The position numbers were made by a program, and so were the translations under genes. A DNA stretch of 35,430 nucleotides from Sphaeroforma arctica JP610 (taxonomy: Eukaryota). Under the pieces are notes generated by a model, which saw only the letters and a program-made list of their open reading frames with translations, did no database searches and had not been told where the DNA came from. Shown here in pieces: positions 13,161-26,680 of the stretch; positions within the stretch are counted from its first letter, which is position 1; every line of letters begins with the position of its first letter. The stretch is taken from contig NW_014039856.1 of the NCBI RefSeq assembly GCF_001186125.1, positions 13,710 through 49,139 of the forward strand, written 5' to 3'.

Positions 13161-13369
13161 TATTTGTCAAAATATCACTCCGTTTGCAAAGCTTAAATTT
13201 ACGCCTCAGCCTCCGGTGGTGCTACTATGTGCTCGATTTCCAGGTCATTACTACAAAAGCTTTATGAACATTAGGGCTCATTCTATATTGTATGCACGAA
13301 CAACGCAATAACAAGATTATGTTCGTCAAAGTCTTTAAAAGGTGGTTGTTTTTGTAGTTGTGTGTTTAT

Positions 13370-13696
13370 AGTGTCGAGCGTAACTGTAAAGGTACGACCG
13401 AAGAAAACAATGCACCTCTTCTCAAGTACGCTTCTCTCAGTTAAGAAAAGCCCAAATTGAGAGAAGCGCACCAATTCTTCAGTTGTGATTTTTATTTAAT
13501 ATTTCACGAGACTCAGATTTTCACTTAAACGTTTCTCTCACGCGGGACTCCGGTTAGCAGGTACCAGTTTCTTGCCGGATTCCTGACGAATCTAGTATCA
13601 GGAATATAGTATTTATGTCCAGAGCAATTTTTTTAGGTATTGGGAATCCTGTAGAATTGGGATTTAGATTTTTGGCTTTTTGGCTTATCTAATACA
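13370..13696 (-). repeat. Inverted, diverged copy of the family B LTR
   Basis: Reverse complement matches 11212-11535, e.g. atattcctgatactagattcgtcagga vs atattcctgatattagagtcatcaga, and cgtacttgagaagaggtgcattgttttcttcggtcgta vs cgtacttaaagaagaggtctattgtttcctttggtcgta. Confidence 0.8.
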
Positions 13697-13956
13697 CGAG
13701 CTTCCCACCCACCCTAAACTCGTCGAATACTAGAAGCACTGTTTTGATACCATTGTCGGCACTCTGTATCTTTCTCGGCGACGAAGCACAGTCTTGTAGG
13801 AAACTGTAACTACGTTCGAGCACTATCTCTGATGCATGCTGCTGTGCAATGTGTGTGTATTTTAAACGTGCGTCCATAGCTACAGTCCCTGCGAAGTAAG
13901 ACACATACATCAATACGCATACAGTCTATCAATGGTTTGAGACCTGCAACTCTCAT
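13697..13956 (-). pseudogene. EXO1/XPG/FEN1-family 5' nuclease N-terminal fragment, copy 1
   Basis: MRVAGLKPLID, frameshift, then YVSYFAGTVAMDA...HASEIV...NGIKTVLLVFDEFRVGGK: the XPG-N pattern MGV.GL.P / VA.D / GI..V.VFDG. Truncated by the LTR. Confidence 0.7.
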
Positions 13957-15341
13957 ATTGACGAAATCGTATACGCTAGTTAAACATATGTATATGTACA
14001 TAGGTGAGCAAATCTTTATCTCGCATCTTTACAGTTAAATTGGTGTACATGTTATTAAAATGCAAACACTCTTAGCTTTAAAAATAGGAAGATACAAATT
14101 CAGTATAGGGGAAGTATTGAAAAACGCTATATCAAAATTGTTCAAAGAAACATACATATATCGTTTTCCTTAGACCAAGAAGTTAGAGAGGGAGAGAGAG
14201 AGATAGGACTCGAGAGGACTCGAGTCAAGTGTTCACATAGTTCGTGACCTACTTGTGTGTGTATTTTGGGACTAATTTGCCATTTAATATGTAGGTTTTA
14301 TTTATCCCAGAACACCCTGGAGTGAAGAAGTATGTCCTGGAATACTGAATACAGAATGTGACCCTGCTCTAAACGTACCCTGAGCTATCACAGCCGCCCA
14401 GGTATAATAGCCACGCTTCCATATCGACTGGGCGACGATTAGTACGAAACGGTGAATTAAGTATGCACCAGATAAAAAATAGCGAAATTCTTGAACACAA
14501 CACGAGCAAACGCGTTTGTTGGCATATGGCGGACAGTGGTTCCGCTAACTAAAAGTCTCTGGATTCAGTGTCGAGTTGCAAACCCACAAAACCAGACGGC
14601 TGTACATGGGTACAGAATAACAATGCGATTTCAGATTTTTTTTGTGACCAACTCAGCGTGGAGTTGTGTACATTGCACAGCGACAACATTGGAATGAAAG
14701 TCAATATTTGGGTATATCCTACGTTTTATAAAAAAAATTGTACACCTCGAATCTCACAGCCTTGATTGGTATGATATAATTCCATGGATTTTTGCAAGGC
14801 TTCATGGTTCACATGATGTATCCAGCACATAGATGAATATATTTACAAATTTTACAGACGCACCTACAAATATCAAAATCTTCATATATTTTTCGTTTGT
14901 TTGAACTTAACGTCACTTTTATGATATTTATATATCCCTATAGCTACGTAATCATCTATTTGAAATTTATGGTTCCTCCCTGGAGTCAAAGCTGGTGGTA
15001 CAAATGGCCCTTTCAATTCAATCCAGTATTTATTGATTGTCCCTCTATATTTATGGTCGCATATCTCTCAGAAAAGTGCTTTACCGGGTACCTCTACAAA
15101 ACCACTGTAAACTTGTATCGAAAGCCGTTTCTGAAAGTCATATTTAATCGGATTCGGACAGCTCAGGCGGCAATAAAGGAAGGGCCGATAGGACACTTCG
15201 GCAGACCGATGTCCTACGCCATGGAATACCAGTTGAGTTGTCTGGATAGCACGGCCAAGACACATTAAGCCATATCCACTCAAGTGTATGCCAAGGCCAT
15301 ATTTTTCTTTTAGTGAACCGTGTGAGACTTCCCACGTGTCT

Positions 15342-18300
15342 CTATGCCTTTTCAGCCTTAGGATCGACCCACAAATCGTCTACAACGTCGAAGTGGAGCT
15401 GGTTGTGAAACTCCAATTCATACATCTCATCAAAGCGTATATCGCATATGCGGCATATGTACTCATCCTCTTCTATCTCGGCCTCAGCCTGTGCCTGCCG
15501 CTCGGCACTTGCATATGCTCTGGGCGATACTTCCCGCCCATCCAGGTCCACCGTCACAGTTCCTTTTCTATTCCGACGACGCCGGCTACTCACTCGCATG
15601 CCATTCGCTCCCACTGCTCGCTGAGTAGATTCCTTTCCACTGCTTGACTCCTTATGCTTCTGCACGACCTTCACCTTGGCTTTTGCCACAGGCGCAACTC
15701 CAGCGCTCCCACTTGCAGTTTTACCGGCTTCAGAATTCGCCTGTTCACTACCTGTGTCTTTCGCTTGCGCATTCACATCGGCGGCTGATAACGTCTCGTG
15801 GGTCCCTACAAATTGAGCATCGGACGTCTCAGACGCGGTTTTGGTACCAGATGCTAGATCTTGTACTGACATCGGTATATCCGTCTGACCATGTGTGTCA
15901 CTGACCGGCTGAGCGGACTTCTGAGCAACCCTAGCCTCCGCTACATTGTCGGTAGCGGTGACCTGATCACTGAACGGGCACTTACTAGAGGCTTTCTTGC
16001 CATTCTTTCCCTTATCGCCACTTCTACGGCTGGATTTCTGGGTATGTGCCTTGGGTAGTGGTCTGACCTTTGGTTGTGGCCGGGGCAGTTGGTATAGTGC
16101 GTTGCCAGACCCATTTGCGGCCCGAATTGCCTGAGCCTTATCAGACCTCTTCTTCTGAGCATCAATTCCTAATGACGAGTCTTTCTGAGGCTCACTTCCT
16201 AACGACGAGTCTTTCTGAGCCTCATTCACCACTGCTGTTGTAGCCGTTTTGGGGTTTTTAGAACCGGGAGTATCCGAGTTAGTTTTACCTTGAACAGTTG
16301 TATGTGATACCTTCTCCATACCCGCAGACACTGCCTCCTGAACGTATGGTTGTACCTGGCGAGATGCATTTGCCCTGCGAGATGCTCTGGGCGACCTCTT
16401 TCTCCCCGCCGCGTGTGGTACACTGTTGGCCAGGTCACGCCCGTCAAATCTCGCTTGCCCAAGGTGTTTTTCAGTGTTAACTTTCTTGTCTGAAGCCTGT
16501 TGTACGGGAGCAGTAGCTGTTCCGTTGTCCACATTCTCTTTCGAGTTTCGACCGTCTGCTTGCCGTTTGCGACGGCTATCCACTCCATCTCTAAGATGTG
16601 GTTGTGTCTGTTGTTTGCTAGGACTGCTTGCGGCCCTCTTAGACTGCACTGTGGATGAGAGTGCCGTGTCTGTCTGCGTTTCCGCCACTATAACTTCTAT
16701 TGCGGTACCTACAGACGCCCTCGAATCACCTGCAGACATAGATACCTCAGCGCCATTGTGTCTATCAGGTAGGTCCATCGCACTCTCCAGTGTTTTACGG
16801 AGCCGCTTGCTACTACTATACCGAGCCGAGCCACTAACTTCGCTGTTTATATCGGCCGTCCTTCCTCGTTTCGCGCCACGACGGGTGGCCCTTGGACTGT
16901 ACTTATGGGCTGACACAGACACAGCTACCGTCGGTACCTCTGTCACAGGCCCATGTGTATCTCGTATCTCTCCCAGAGCTACCTCTTTGCTCGTGGGCTT
17001 CTCCAGCTCTGACTCGATACCAGTATTCACAGGCCCTTCCCCCGCCGCACTGGCATCAGCTCTAACATTCGGCGAACCCGAGTCACCGTCTACGTCCATA
17101 GCGGTAACACCTGTGGTCTCCCTAGACGTGCTCACCGTTTGACTATGCCGCTCAGTCTTCTCATCCGCCACAGCATCCCCACGCGACTGTACGGGTAATT
17201 TGGCTGCTTTCTTAGCAGCCTGTTTGGCCTTTCGAGTCTCTCCAGGCCTATTTGGCCTATTCGGCCGGTTTTGGAAGATCTGAGCGGCCTTCTCATCTGG
17301 CAGGGGTGCCGTAAGATCAATCTCAGGTGCAGCCCCGTGAGCTCGCGTGGTGCGGGGCTTGTATTTGGATTTGTGGTGTACCTCCTTTTCTACTACCGGT
17401 TGTGCTGGCACCGATTCTCCCACAACAGATGGAACTATCTTGTCCTCGACAGGTTGTGCTTGTGATTTCTTCTCCCGCTGCGCCTTCTCCTCTATGACTG
17501 GTTGTACCTTTTTCTCTACTTCTATCACGACCGGTGGTTGCTTCACTGCGACAAGTGGCGCTCGCGACTTTCCTGCAGCAGAAGGTACGGTGTCAGTGAT
17601 CGCCGGAGACACTCCATTCCCATACAACCCGCTCGATTTGGGCTTAGACAGTGCGCGCCTGTGTCTCATATCCACGTGTCCGCTTCCCTTTGTTATCCCG
17701 GCAGCCTTTCCCCCCTTCTCACTATTGTTGGGTGTGAGTGAACTCACACCACTCCCACCAGGCCCCGGGCTCAATTTGCGCCACCCAGGGCTCTTTTTCG
17801 GTGTCAGTGGATGTGCACTTTTTCCACCATATCCAGGGTTCCGGTTACCGGCATTGCGCAACCGCCCGGTAATTGCACTTCTAGCCGCTTCAGCGCGTGT
17901 CTGTCGGGGTTTGTACTTGCCTTCTGACTTATGGTTAACGTCTTCTCTGCCGTTTGCTTTTGTGGCTGTAGTGCTTATCGTCTTAGCATTGTGAACAACA
18001 GTGTGGTGGTCTGCATTGCCACTAGCGGGTCCACGAGTGTGTGTTTCCTGCACATGGTCTGCGGGAGCTTTCCCTTCCAATTCTCGTCCCGATGTGCGAG
18101 GCGGTCTCTCAGATTGCGATGTCACAGCCGCACCTTGACGCCGAGACGCACGCGTGGGCTGAGTACTGTTGCTATTGCGACTACCCCCTCCACGGCCGAA
18201 GTCTTCCTCTAAACGAGCCCCTTTCAAAATGCTGGCTCCTTCCATGATACTGGTATCCCCATCCTGGATATCGGCCATACCCATACCTTGGGTCACCTGA

Positions 18301-19376
18301 CCCCTGGTGTCAGATCCTCTCATAGTTCGTCGTGCGTTGATGGACGGAATACTCTCAGTGGTATAGGTATTCTGAGCTTCTCTGAGTTTGGCTGTTTCTG
18401 CAACGCGACCGCAACGCAGCGCACAGTTATCCTTGTGGCCATCTCGCCGCCAGTTGGTTCTCTGAAATAGAAATATTCATGGAGGAATATTTGGATAAGA
18501 ACACTGCATTGTCCATGGTACAGATATTAATGGATAGGATGATTGGGTAAGCACACTGAATTGCGAGATACTACCTGTACTCGAGCTTTGCGTGTAGGAC
18601 TTTGGCTGAGCACAATAGAATATATGAGCAAGCTGGAGCAAGTGTAACGAGATCAGTGCTATAAGTAGAACACGCACCTGATAAAAGCATATCTACGCAA
18701 AAGAAATAAATTGGTTGTAAGTGCAATCTAACCGGGACTGCACGAATAATAAATTTCCTAGCATTAATATTGACTCCACACGTGTGCCCAAAAAAATCTC
18801 ATATAAACGATATCTGTCTGCATGTTTAACTAAGCAGAGGTTCGCGGGTGGCAAAAGCGTAGCAGAATGCATCCGATGCCATGGGGTGGGAGTACATGTG
18901 AACAACAGATATCACCAGTCAAAATCATACAGGCACACTTACAGTGTACCTATAGATTCAAGATCGGTAACGAAACCGTATATATCATACAAGAATGGAA
19001 AAGTAAAACATATAAAACCTATGATATGAAGAAGTGAGTACCCCAATATACTCATTTCAGCATGCGGGTAAACACAGGGGCCTTTGGCACAGGTACAAGC
19101 TACGCTGATAGAAACTTGTATATTCAATATATGCGAATGAGTCGACAAATACGAGAAGCACACAAGAACAATCCGTGGCACATGAGAAAATGAAAATACT
19201 CCTGTTTCCATAGCCTGGAGACAGGGCGCCTTAACGGGGAGACAAGCTTCATCGCACATTATAAATAGAATTCAAGGACTCTCTCGCGTACATGGAATCA
19301 TTGAAGCAGTGTGTGCCTACGAGGACGCACGTGAATTTTGAGACTATACACTTCAAGAGGTAGCTGATGAGAAGAT

Positions 19377-19412
<36 letters not shown>

Positions 19413-20226
19413 AATATACATATATATATATATATAAATATACATATATATATATATATAAATATACATATATATGAGTGTACGTGTGCGAATGTGTGTA
19501 TATGTGTGTATGTGCGTGTATGCTTGATGACGCTTGCGTACATATGTCTATATTCTTACGTGTAGATATGTGGATTTCTATAGTGACACACATACAAATA
19601 CATACATACATGCATGCAGGAATACAAACAGACACAGACAATATATATATATCACTCACACAGACACACACATATATATATATATATGTAATACATATAT
19701 ATATATATGTATGTGCAAATGTATAGCTAAAGCAAAAAAAGTAGAGTTCACACACAGACACACATATATATATATATATGTATAACTCACACACAGACAC
19801 AGACACACACATATATATATACATATATATACATATACATATATATATATATATAACTAATATTCATCATCATCAACCATAAGAGTCACTAGATTATTGT
19901 CAATATCGAATATCCACAGAGCTGGACACACAAATTCAGGCTAACAAGTTTTCCACTGTACCGGCACAATGCTACAGCCGAATATTGTAAATCGGAAGAA
20001 AGGAGAAAGAAAGAAGAAAATATTGTACTAAGTTATAAAGTCCTGTTCGAACTTATACTGATCCCATAGAATGGATGTGTCTAAGATCATCTCTCCTCAC
20101 ATTAATCTAAACCACTGCGATACAATAATTTACCTGGCATTCTTTAGTACAGTAGAATCGGTGCTGACACGGACACGCAAAAACTGCAGGCGCGCCACAA
20201 ACATCGCATTTAGTCCTGCATGCCAT
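15342..20226 (-). CDS. MYND zinc finger + long disordered region + C-terminal C2H2 finger protein, ~1070 aa; exons 20226-20134 and 18461-15342
   Basis: Exon 1 MACRTKCDVCGAPAVFACPCQHRFYCTKECQ ends at GTAAAT; acceptor tttcAG precedes RTNWRRDGHKDNC, in frame with the 993-aa ORF. The splice completes a MYND signature (YC..ECQ...W...HK..C). C-terminal CRICDIRFDEMYELEFHNQLH. Confidence 0.85.
19378..19855. repeat. (TA)n/(CA)n compound microsatellite inside the intron
   Basis: Direct reading; lies in the predicted intron 20133-18462. Confidence 0.9.
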
Positions 20227-21129
20227 TCTGTACAGATGTTAGGTGTTGTTCCGATATAGCTTACTTCTAATATTAGACGGTGCCTATTTTTTTTACTCTG
20301 CTCATATGTCGCCTTTCAGTGTATTGCCTGTGATAGTATACGAGGAGTGTCGCGTTCGTCTATTCAGCACCGCTTCGAAAGCCGATTCGCAGTGTAGTGC
20401 TTCATATCTGTGTGCAGCTACCTATCTATTCATAGTACACTGTATATATTCACGAGTCCATGCTTTAGTTCAATATTACTGTATTAGTATGCATATACTG
20501 CAACAGGGAGCTTAGGTTGCCGGCTCAATCCGTTTATGTATAGTATCACGTAAAGATCCCCAGTTTTACACGTACGTGACAGTTATTTGAAGGCGGCACT
20601 ACAGCAAATATTTTCGGGTGGCTTCTGACCTTCCGTTATATATATATATATATTTATATATAATATAGATATATAATTAAAATGAAACACAGCCTTGATT
20701 TAAAACAAAATATAGACTAAATATAACACACATTTAATTGAGCAGTTGGAATATATATCTATAAATCGAGATACAATTGCTGCCAAGTTTCAACTTTAAT
20801 TACAGACCTAGTAGAGTAAACGACATTTTGTATTAAAGTTCTTTTTCGACACGGGTGAATTGTGCTTACAATTATTAGATTGATTCCGCAGAAATTGGCG
20901 CGTAATCCTCACACGACACAAATACCGATATTAGACAGACATCATGATATTCTATAAATAAAAAAAGTACATCTATGACTATGAGTCTATGACTATATAC
21001 ATAAATGTAAAAAAAAATAGTGTTCAATTTTTATAGCCTTCTCTTGTATGACATTAAATGAAGGCCATGTTAGAAGGCTATGTCAATTTAGGTATGTATT
21101 TACCGTTATTTAGGTTGATAGTCGTGTCA

Positions 21130-21290
21130 CTGTTGATCTTCTATAACAATAGAGTTCGTAGATGTTTTGCGTGTACGTTGTAGCGGTATAGCTGTTGATA
21201 TATATAGAAGCTATAGACGTGCCATATGTAGGTTGTAGTTTTGTAGCTGTTGATTTTCACTGAGTTCGTAGACGTGTTCTGTGTAGAACT
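21130..21290. repeat. Three degenerate ~55-60 bp tandem units
   Basis: ctgttgat...tagaYgt...tgta recurs from ~21131, ~21192 and ~21247. Confidence 0.55.
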
Positions 21291-22225
21291 ATTTCTATGA
21301 GACAGTACGTTGAGAATATATACGTCTACTGTATATATACAAATACGATAGTATTATAAACCTCTGTTTCACTGTCTGTGCGCTGTTCCTCGCGTGAATA
21401 CACCGGTCACAAAATTGGCATCTCTTTCTGCATAGGTGTCTATCGGACTGCTATTTATAACGTGTATACGCTGTATGACGATATACGTACGATGTATAAA
21501 ATGATCACGCAGCATCCGTGTATCCCAAGGCACAAACATGACACAGATATTACTTTTAGCGAGCTATTGAGGACCAACACAATGGCATAGTCCAAAATTG
21601 TCTTCGTGTTCGGTCTGAATTCGATGGTTTAGAGATTATTTCATACTTTTGCGTACGACTGTGAACGATACATTCTCGTGGAATTGAAGCTAGTTTTGCT
21701 GGATGATCTTGAGGGTGCTTGTGAGGTGTGTAAATGTATTTGTACCGCATGCGAAATTAGAAATATATCTCTTGACCTGCCAGCTAATGACTCTCCAAAG
21801 TAATTAAGTTAAGGTCGATATAGACGATATACGATATTTATATTCTGTTGGAATTGTACAGGATTACACTCCGTTGTCGCAACGGGGTCGACATTCTTTA
21901 TAGAATGGATCTCAGGGCAACTCCCTGAAGGCCCCAGCTTTAAATCAGTGGCTTTATCTACTTCGATCTCCACTAGAAAATGACAGAACTAGTGCGCAAT
22001 ACCGCTGGCCACGCTCGAGTTATTTGCTAGTAAATACCTGCTTCCACGGCATTTGCAATTGCTGGACAATGTAATTCTACTATACTAATCCATCATTGAC
22101 CTATCGGGTCTTACATTGTTGTCTATCGATGCAGCTTTCGCTTTCGTACATACATTTGCAACGTTTGGGGAGAGAACGTCGCGAGATTCTCCGGATTAAT
22201 ATAGCTACTGTATGTACAAATTACT

Positions 22226-23845
22226 TCACCTCATTGGCTTCTTGGCTAGATAAAAGAACATCGGTGTGAACAGTTTTTGTTCCCCACCGGCAACAAGACC
22301 ATGCGCTGCCGTTTCGAGTATGGCAGCTGTGCGCCCGGTGCCCTAATCGTACATTGAACGCGGGTAATCAATTGTAATCAGTAGCTGACAATAGCCAAAC
22401 TCAATATCGATAAACATACCAGCCATACCTACTCGCGGCTACTCTCAGGTAAAAAGCATACCTTTAAGTATATAGGCTACAATTTGCACAGAAAAAGGAT
22501 TAGATGTGTATTGGGGGTCACCACTAGCAATAGCTGCATACCTCAGGGGCGAGACCGAGCTTCTCCATGGACCAAATCGAGTACTTCGTAACGAACCTTC
22601 CAATCATTGATGATCTGAAATTACTCAAAGAGTAATAGCTACCTTGAAAGGGCTCATACCATGGTATGGTGGCCGTATCCGCAAGATCAGCAAATTCGAT
22701 AATCTGTGTCAACCAAAGTAGGATAAATGTGTGGGGAAGATTGAACGCTGAATACTCGCATTATTTCTTCATAGACTAATCAAAGAAATCTTCTATAGGT
22801 AAACACTCTTATTAAAATATACACATACCTCAAAACCAGCCTTCTTCAGAGCTTCTAGACATTCCTTCGTCGTGAGAACATCAGGCAATCCATTGCCAAT
22901 CTCTATGTCAGATTTGATCTTGACGTGTTCGATATTGTCGGGATCAAATCTGTGCGTCATGCACCAGTCGTATCCACCAAAGCACTAGGGATGGGGCACA
23001 AATCAAAAGCCAACAAGACAGAAGTAAATATTTTTCGGTGCTTGTTAACTAATGGAAATTTACATCCCAGAATAACTTAAGGCGATCTATCTTATAAAGA
23101 CGCACGTTGAAGCAGAGTATTGACATTAAGAGTCCATTGCATATGTCTTACCTGACCGGGCTTCAGTAAGCGAAAAATCTCAGCATAACAGGCAAACTTA
23201 TCGGGGGCGTGACAGGTGGCTTCAATCTGGTAGATGGCGTCGAAGGAGCAATTGGGCATGGGAACATGCATAAAGTCTGCCTTCATGAAATCGCAGCTTT
23301 TATCATGACCCGATTTGACATTATAGGCGGTGCCACGCTGAATCTACAAAAAAAGAGTTCAACAATGATTACATATCCGAGATTATGAACAGCTATAAAC
23401 TTTAGTGCAAATAGTGTGAGCATCGCATTTTGGAGTCAAACAAACATTCTGTAGAGTCACAACTTCTTGTTCTACTCACCTGGTATGCATTGTTGTTTAA
23501 ACCAGTGATGCTAGCGCCGGAGAATGATGCGATCTCACGTAACGGGCCACCAACGCCACAGCCGACATCTAGAACCTTCATACCTGGCTCCAGTCTCAAT
23601 TTATGTGCCAAGTAATGTTCGTGGCGTTTTATGCTTTCATTGTGTGTTTCGCCTATCAACCGATGCGCAAAATGGAAACTCGTGCCCCAACCCCATTCAT
23701 AGAAGTCAGTGGCTAGATCATAATACTTGTTAACCATGTCGGCATACATATCGCGGCGTGCTTGTATGTCACCGCCATGTTCAGTGTGGTATTTTTCGTA
23801 CGCACCAATTTTTTCACTGTACTCTTCAGATACGTGTCGACACAT
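22226..23845 (-). CDS. SMT: Sterol 24-C-methyltransferase (SMT/ERG6 family), ~330 aa; exons 23845-23480, 23343-23152, 22984-22829, 22703-22542, 22342-22226
   Basis: [71 protein letters not shown]. Four GT-AG introns join in frame. A short additional 5' exon is possible (acceptor-like tatatag just before the ATG). Confidence 0.95.
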
Positions 23846-24645
23846 TGTGCTATATATTTAGTGCAATTAAAGGGAATCGATTCCTTAAAGTTTTCTATTA
23901 AAAATGAGCGGGCAAATGTTGTCGCAGACTTCTCTTGTACATATGTCGAAAAGAATGAAGATTCACTGAATTGCAATTTCAAGGTGCTCAGCCGCTCAAG
24001 GCCTTTCGGCTTACAGTTGTATTTATGTACCCGCTGCCGCTGGTGCGGGGAAACTACTCTCACGTAGAGAAGGCCCGGTGCTATTATTGCTCTCGAATTC
24101 TCGATATATAAATATATTTAGATTATAGTGCGGGCGTAGGCCGTATGGACTACGGTGGCATCATCCGAAGCAAAAAAGCATAAATATCGTACCATCGTGC
24201 GTTTTGATGACCCACTGCCGGTTCTAATATGATTGGTTAGTGTTATCTGGGCGCCCAAAATGTCTTAAAACCCCACGTAATCAACTATTCCTGGACAAAA
24301 TGACAGAATTTAAAACAAATAGCAATATTATTCTCAGATTTTAGAAATTCAGAAGGCTATGAAAATTGAAATTATTTTATACCATAGCCAAGAGAGACCT
24401 AGCTAGAACATAGTCTTCTGTTCTATTTTCAGAAGGCTATGATATTACATACAATGATTTTTTTGTGTAATTTTCCGAAGTGCAAATAATTGCCGCCAAT
24501 GAAATTATTTTATATCTTCCATAGATGCTTGACTGTTGTTTTTACAATTCAAAAATTGGTTTTATTCTGTTAAACTTTAGAAGGCTATGATTCTGTTTTA
24601 TAAATTGGTTTGTTGAAAAAAGAGAAAACAATAGAAAAAGAAAAT

Positions 24646-24722
24646 ACAAATGACCAAAATTCAATTTTATTAGAGGGCAAATATGCAAATTATTGAAAGA
24701 TAAAAATATTTTGGTCATTTGT
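24646..24722. repeat. Perfect 15-bp inverted repeat with 47-bp spacer
   Basis: acaaatgaccaaaat (24646-24660) / attttggtcatttgt (24708-24722). Confidence 0.8.
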
Positions 24723-24878
24723 TTTGTTTAAAAAAAACCCCCCTGTAAAAAATATGTGGTGAAGGGCGGGGGGGGGGGAGGGTCTGGTTTTAAACTCTAC
24801 TTTTTTTAACTCGTTGCAATTGCATCCAATAAAATAAATAGATCACAATGTACGTATAGGAGCTGTAAACATTTAAAC

Positions 24879-25452
24879 ATGGCATTTACAGCCCGGACTT
24901 TGCCGGGATATGGCAGAGGGTAGCCGTCCCGTTGTTGTAATTTCACAATCATAACGGGAGCCCGCCCAAATAGCTTGTACGATAAGTGACTGTAAAATAA
25001 CTTGCAAATAATTTTACAACGGATATTGTGTATTTGTGTGTATATAGGCTCAGTTACGCATGTGCTTGCCCCCTTTTCATATGAAGACGGCTACATACCT
25101 TTTGTTGTTATGAACTTCGTCTTCGGGAGTGACTGGGACATCGAGCCAGTTGGATGTAGATTGTGTAAACAGGATTACATTCCAGTAGAAGAGCTGAGTG
25201 CATACCATCTATGTCGTCTGATATGGCATTACTCTTGTCACGTATCTTGTGGAAAAGGTCATGAGTTTTCTCAGGATAAAAGAGACCCTAGGCTATGGAA
25301 TAGTGTACGGTTGGGATGCTGTATGTTGGATGTAAAGCTAAGGCACAGATTATACAGATTATTTGCAGGCTGTACATACAGTAATACGGACGTACATCGA
25401 TCACCACGAGATATTGAATCTCTGATCAAGAAGACCAAAATTGCGAAGGCAG
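24879..25452 (+). pseudogene. Non-Gypsy Cys-rich coding remnant (degenerate PHD-like finger) fused in frame to family A pol
   Basis: GCRLC...AYHLCRLIWHYSC...LWNSVRLGC follows PHD spacing with two Cys replaced. In-frame ATG at 24879 is followed by stops. Homology to family A begins only at 25453. Confidence 0.4.
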
Positions 25453-26680
25453 ATTTTGCGGACAAAATCATGGATCTGATTCTAGTAAATAAGAAGATAA
25501 GGATCACAGATTGGGCAAAATACCGCTTTAACGACGGATATATCAGCCTTGACTTAACCAAGGTAGACTTTACGCAGTTAAAGTGTCCCTCAAGGAACTA
25601 TGTATCCTGGAGACACGAGGCTGTGGTAAAAGATCAAGTTGAGAAATGGCTAGCAGATGGTGTGATAGAAATTAACTATCAACAGACGCTAGTTAACTTG
25701 GCGCTGCTAGCCGTAGACCAACATAACTCTGACGGATCGTTTTAAAAAGTCAGAGTATGTTTAGATATGAGCCCGATAAATAAATTATTCGACACATAGC
25801 TTTCACTTACCTCGTATTAAAGAGCTACTGCGAAGGATGGAAGGTGCTACAGTGTTTACAACTATAGACCTTACACAAGGATACCATCAAATGCAGGTAT
25901 ATGAACCCCACCGTAAATACTTTAGCTTTACGTGGAAAGGCAAACATTACCGGTTCAGAGGTGCACCTTTCGGGTTGCACTCTTTACCAGCATTCTTCCA
26001 ACAAGTAATGGAAGAAATGTTTACAGACATGCCTAACGTGCAAGTCTATATAGATGACATTGCCATCTTTTCTAAGACTAAGGGCGAACATGCCGCATTA
26101 GTCAGACGAGTCCTTAAGAGACTCAACGAACAAAACTTCACGATTAACGAGAAGAAATGCCACCTCGCAATGAGCGAAATACATCTCTTTGGCTACCGTA
26201 TATCTAGGGAAGGTATTAAAATCGACCCCGGTAAGGTGGAACACCAGTTAGATTGGCGAACCCTAACTACAGGAAGAGATGGCAAGGACCAGTCGTTGGC
26301 GTGCCGTTTGAAATAGCAACGGACGTCTCCGACTTAGCCCTAGGAGGAGTAATATATCAGGTTATAGATAACAAACCTAGATATATACAATTCTTTTGTC
26401 GAGCGATGAATGCTTCACAGTTCAATTATCCAACTGTTGAACAAGAGCTATTAGCCATAGTGACAGCTCTAACACACTTCCGAGATTACGTATACGGAAC
26501 AGCATTTACGCTGATGTGTGATCAGAAATCTTTTCAATATATGAAAGAGATGAAACCCGACTCGCAATTACTGAGTCGCTGGCATGATACAATATCAAAG
26601 TTTCATTTTGATATAAAACATCTGCCAGGTATACATAACCATTTACCGGATATATTATCACGCTTCGTACCAGACTTTTA

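Noticed and set aside
14300..14765. Possible SWIM-like remnant (VCWH...CTW) divergent from EXO1-like copy 1
   Set aside because: Upstream CxC ligands are missing; too weak without a profile search.
16426..17994. Plus-strand ORFs of 238 and 215 aa
   Set aside because: Antisense shadows of the long minus-strand CDS.
19249..19824. 191-aa and overlapping ORFs
   Set aside because: Translations of microsatellite sequence.
24764..24783. Poly-G tract / G-quadruplex
   Set aside because: Simple homopolymer with no evidence of function.
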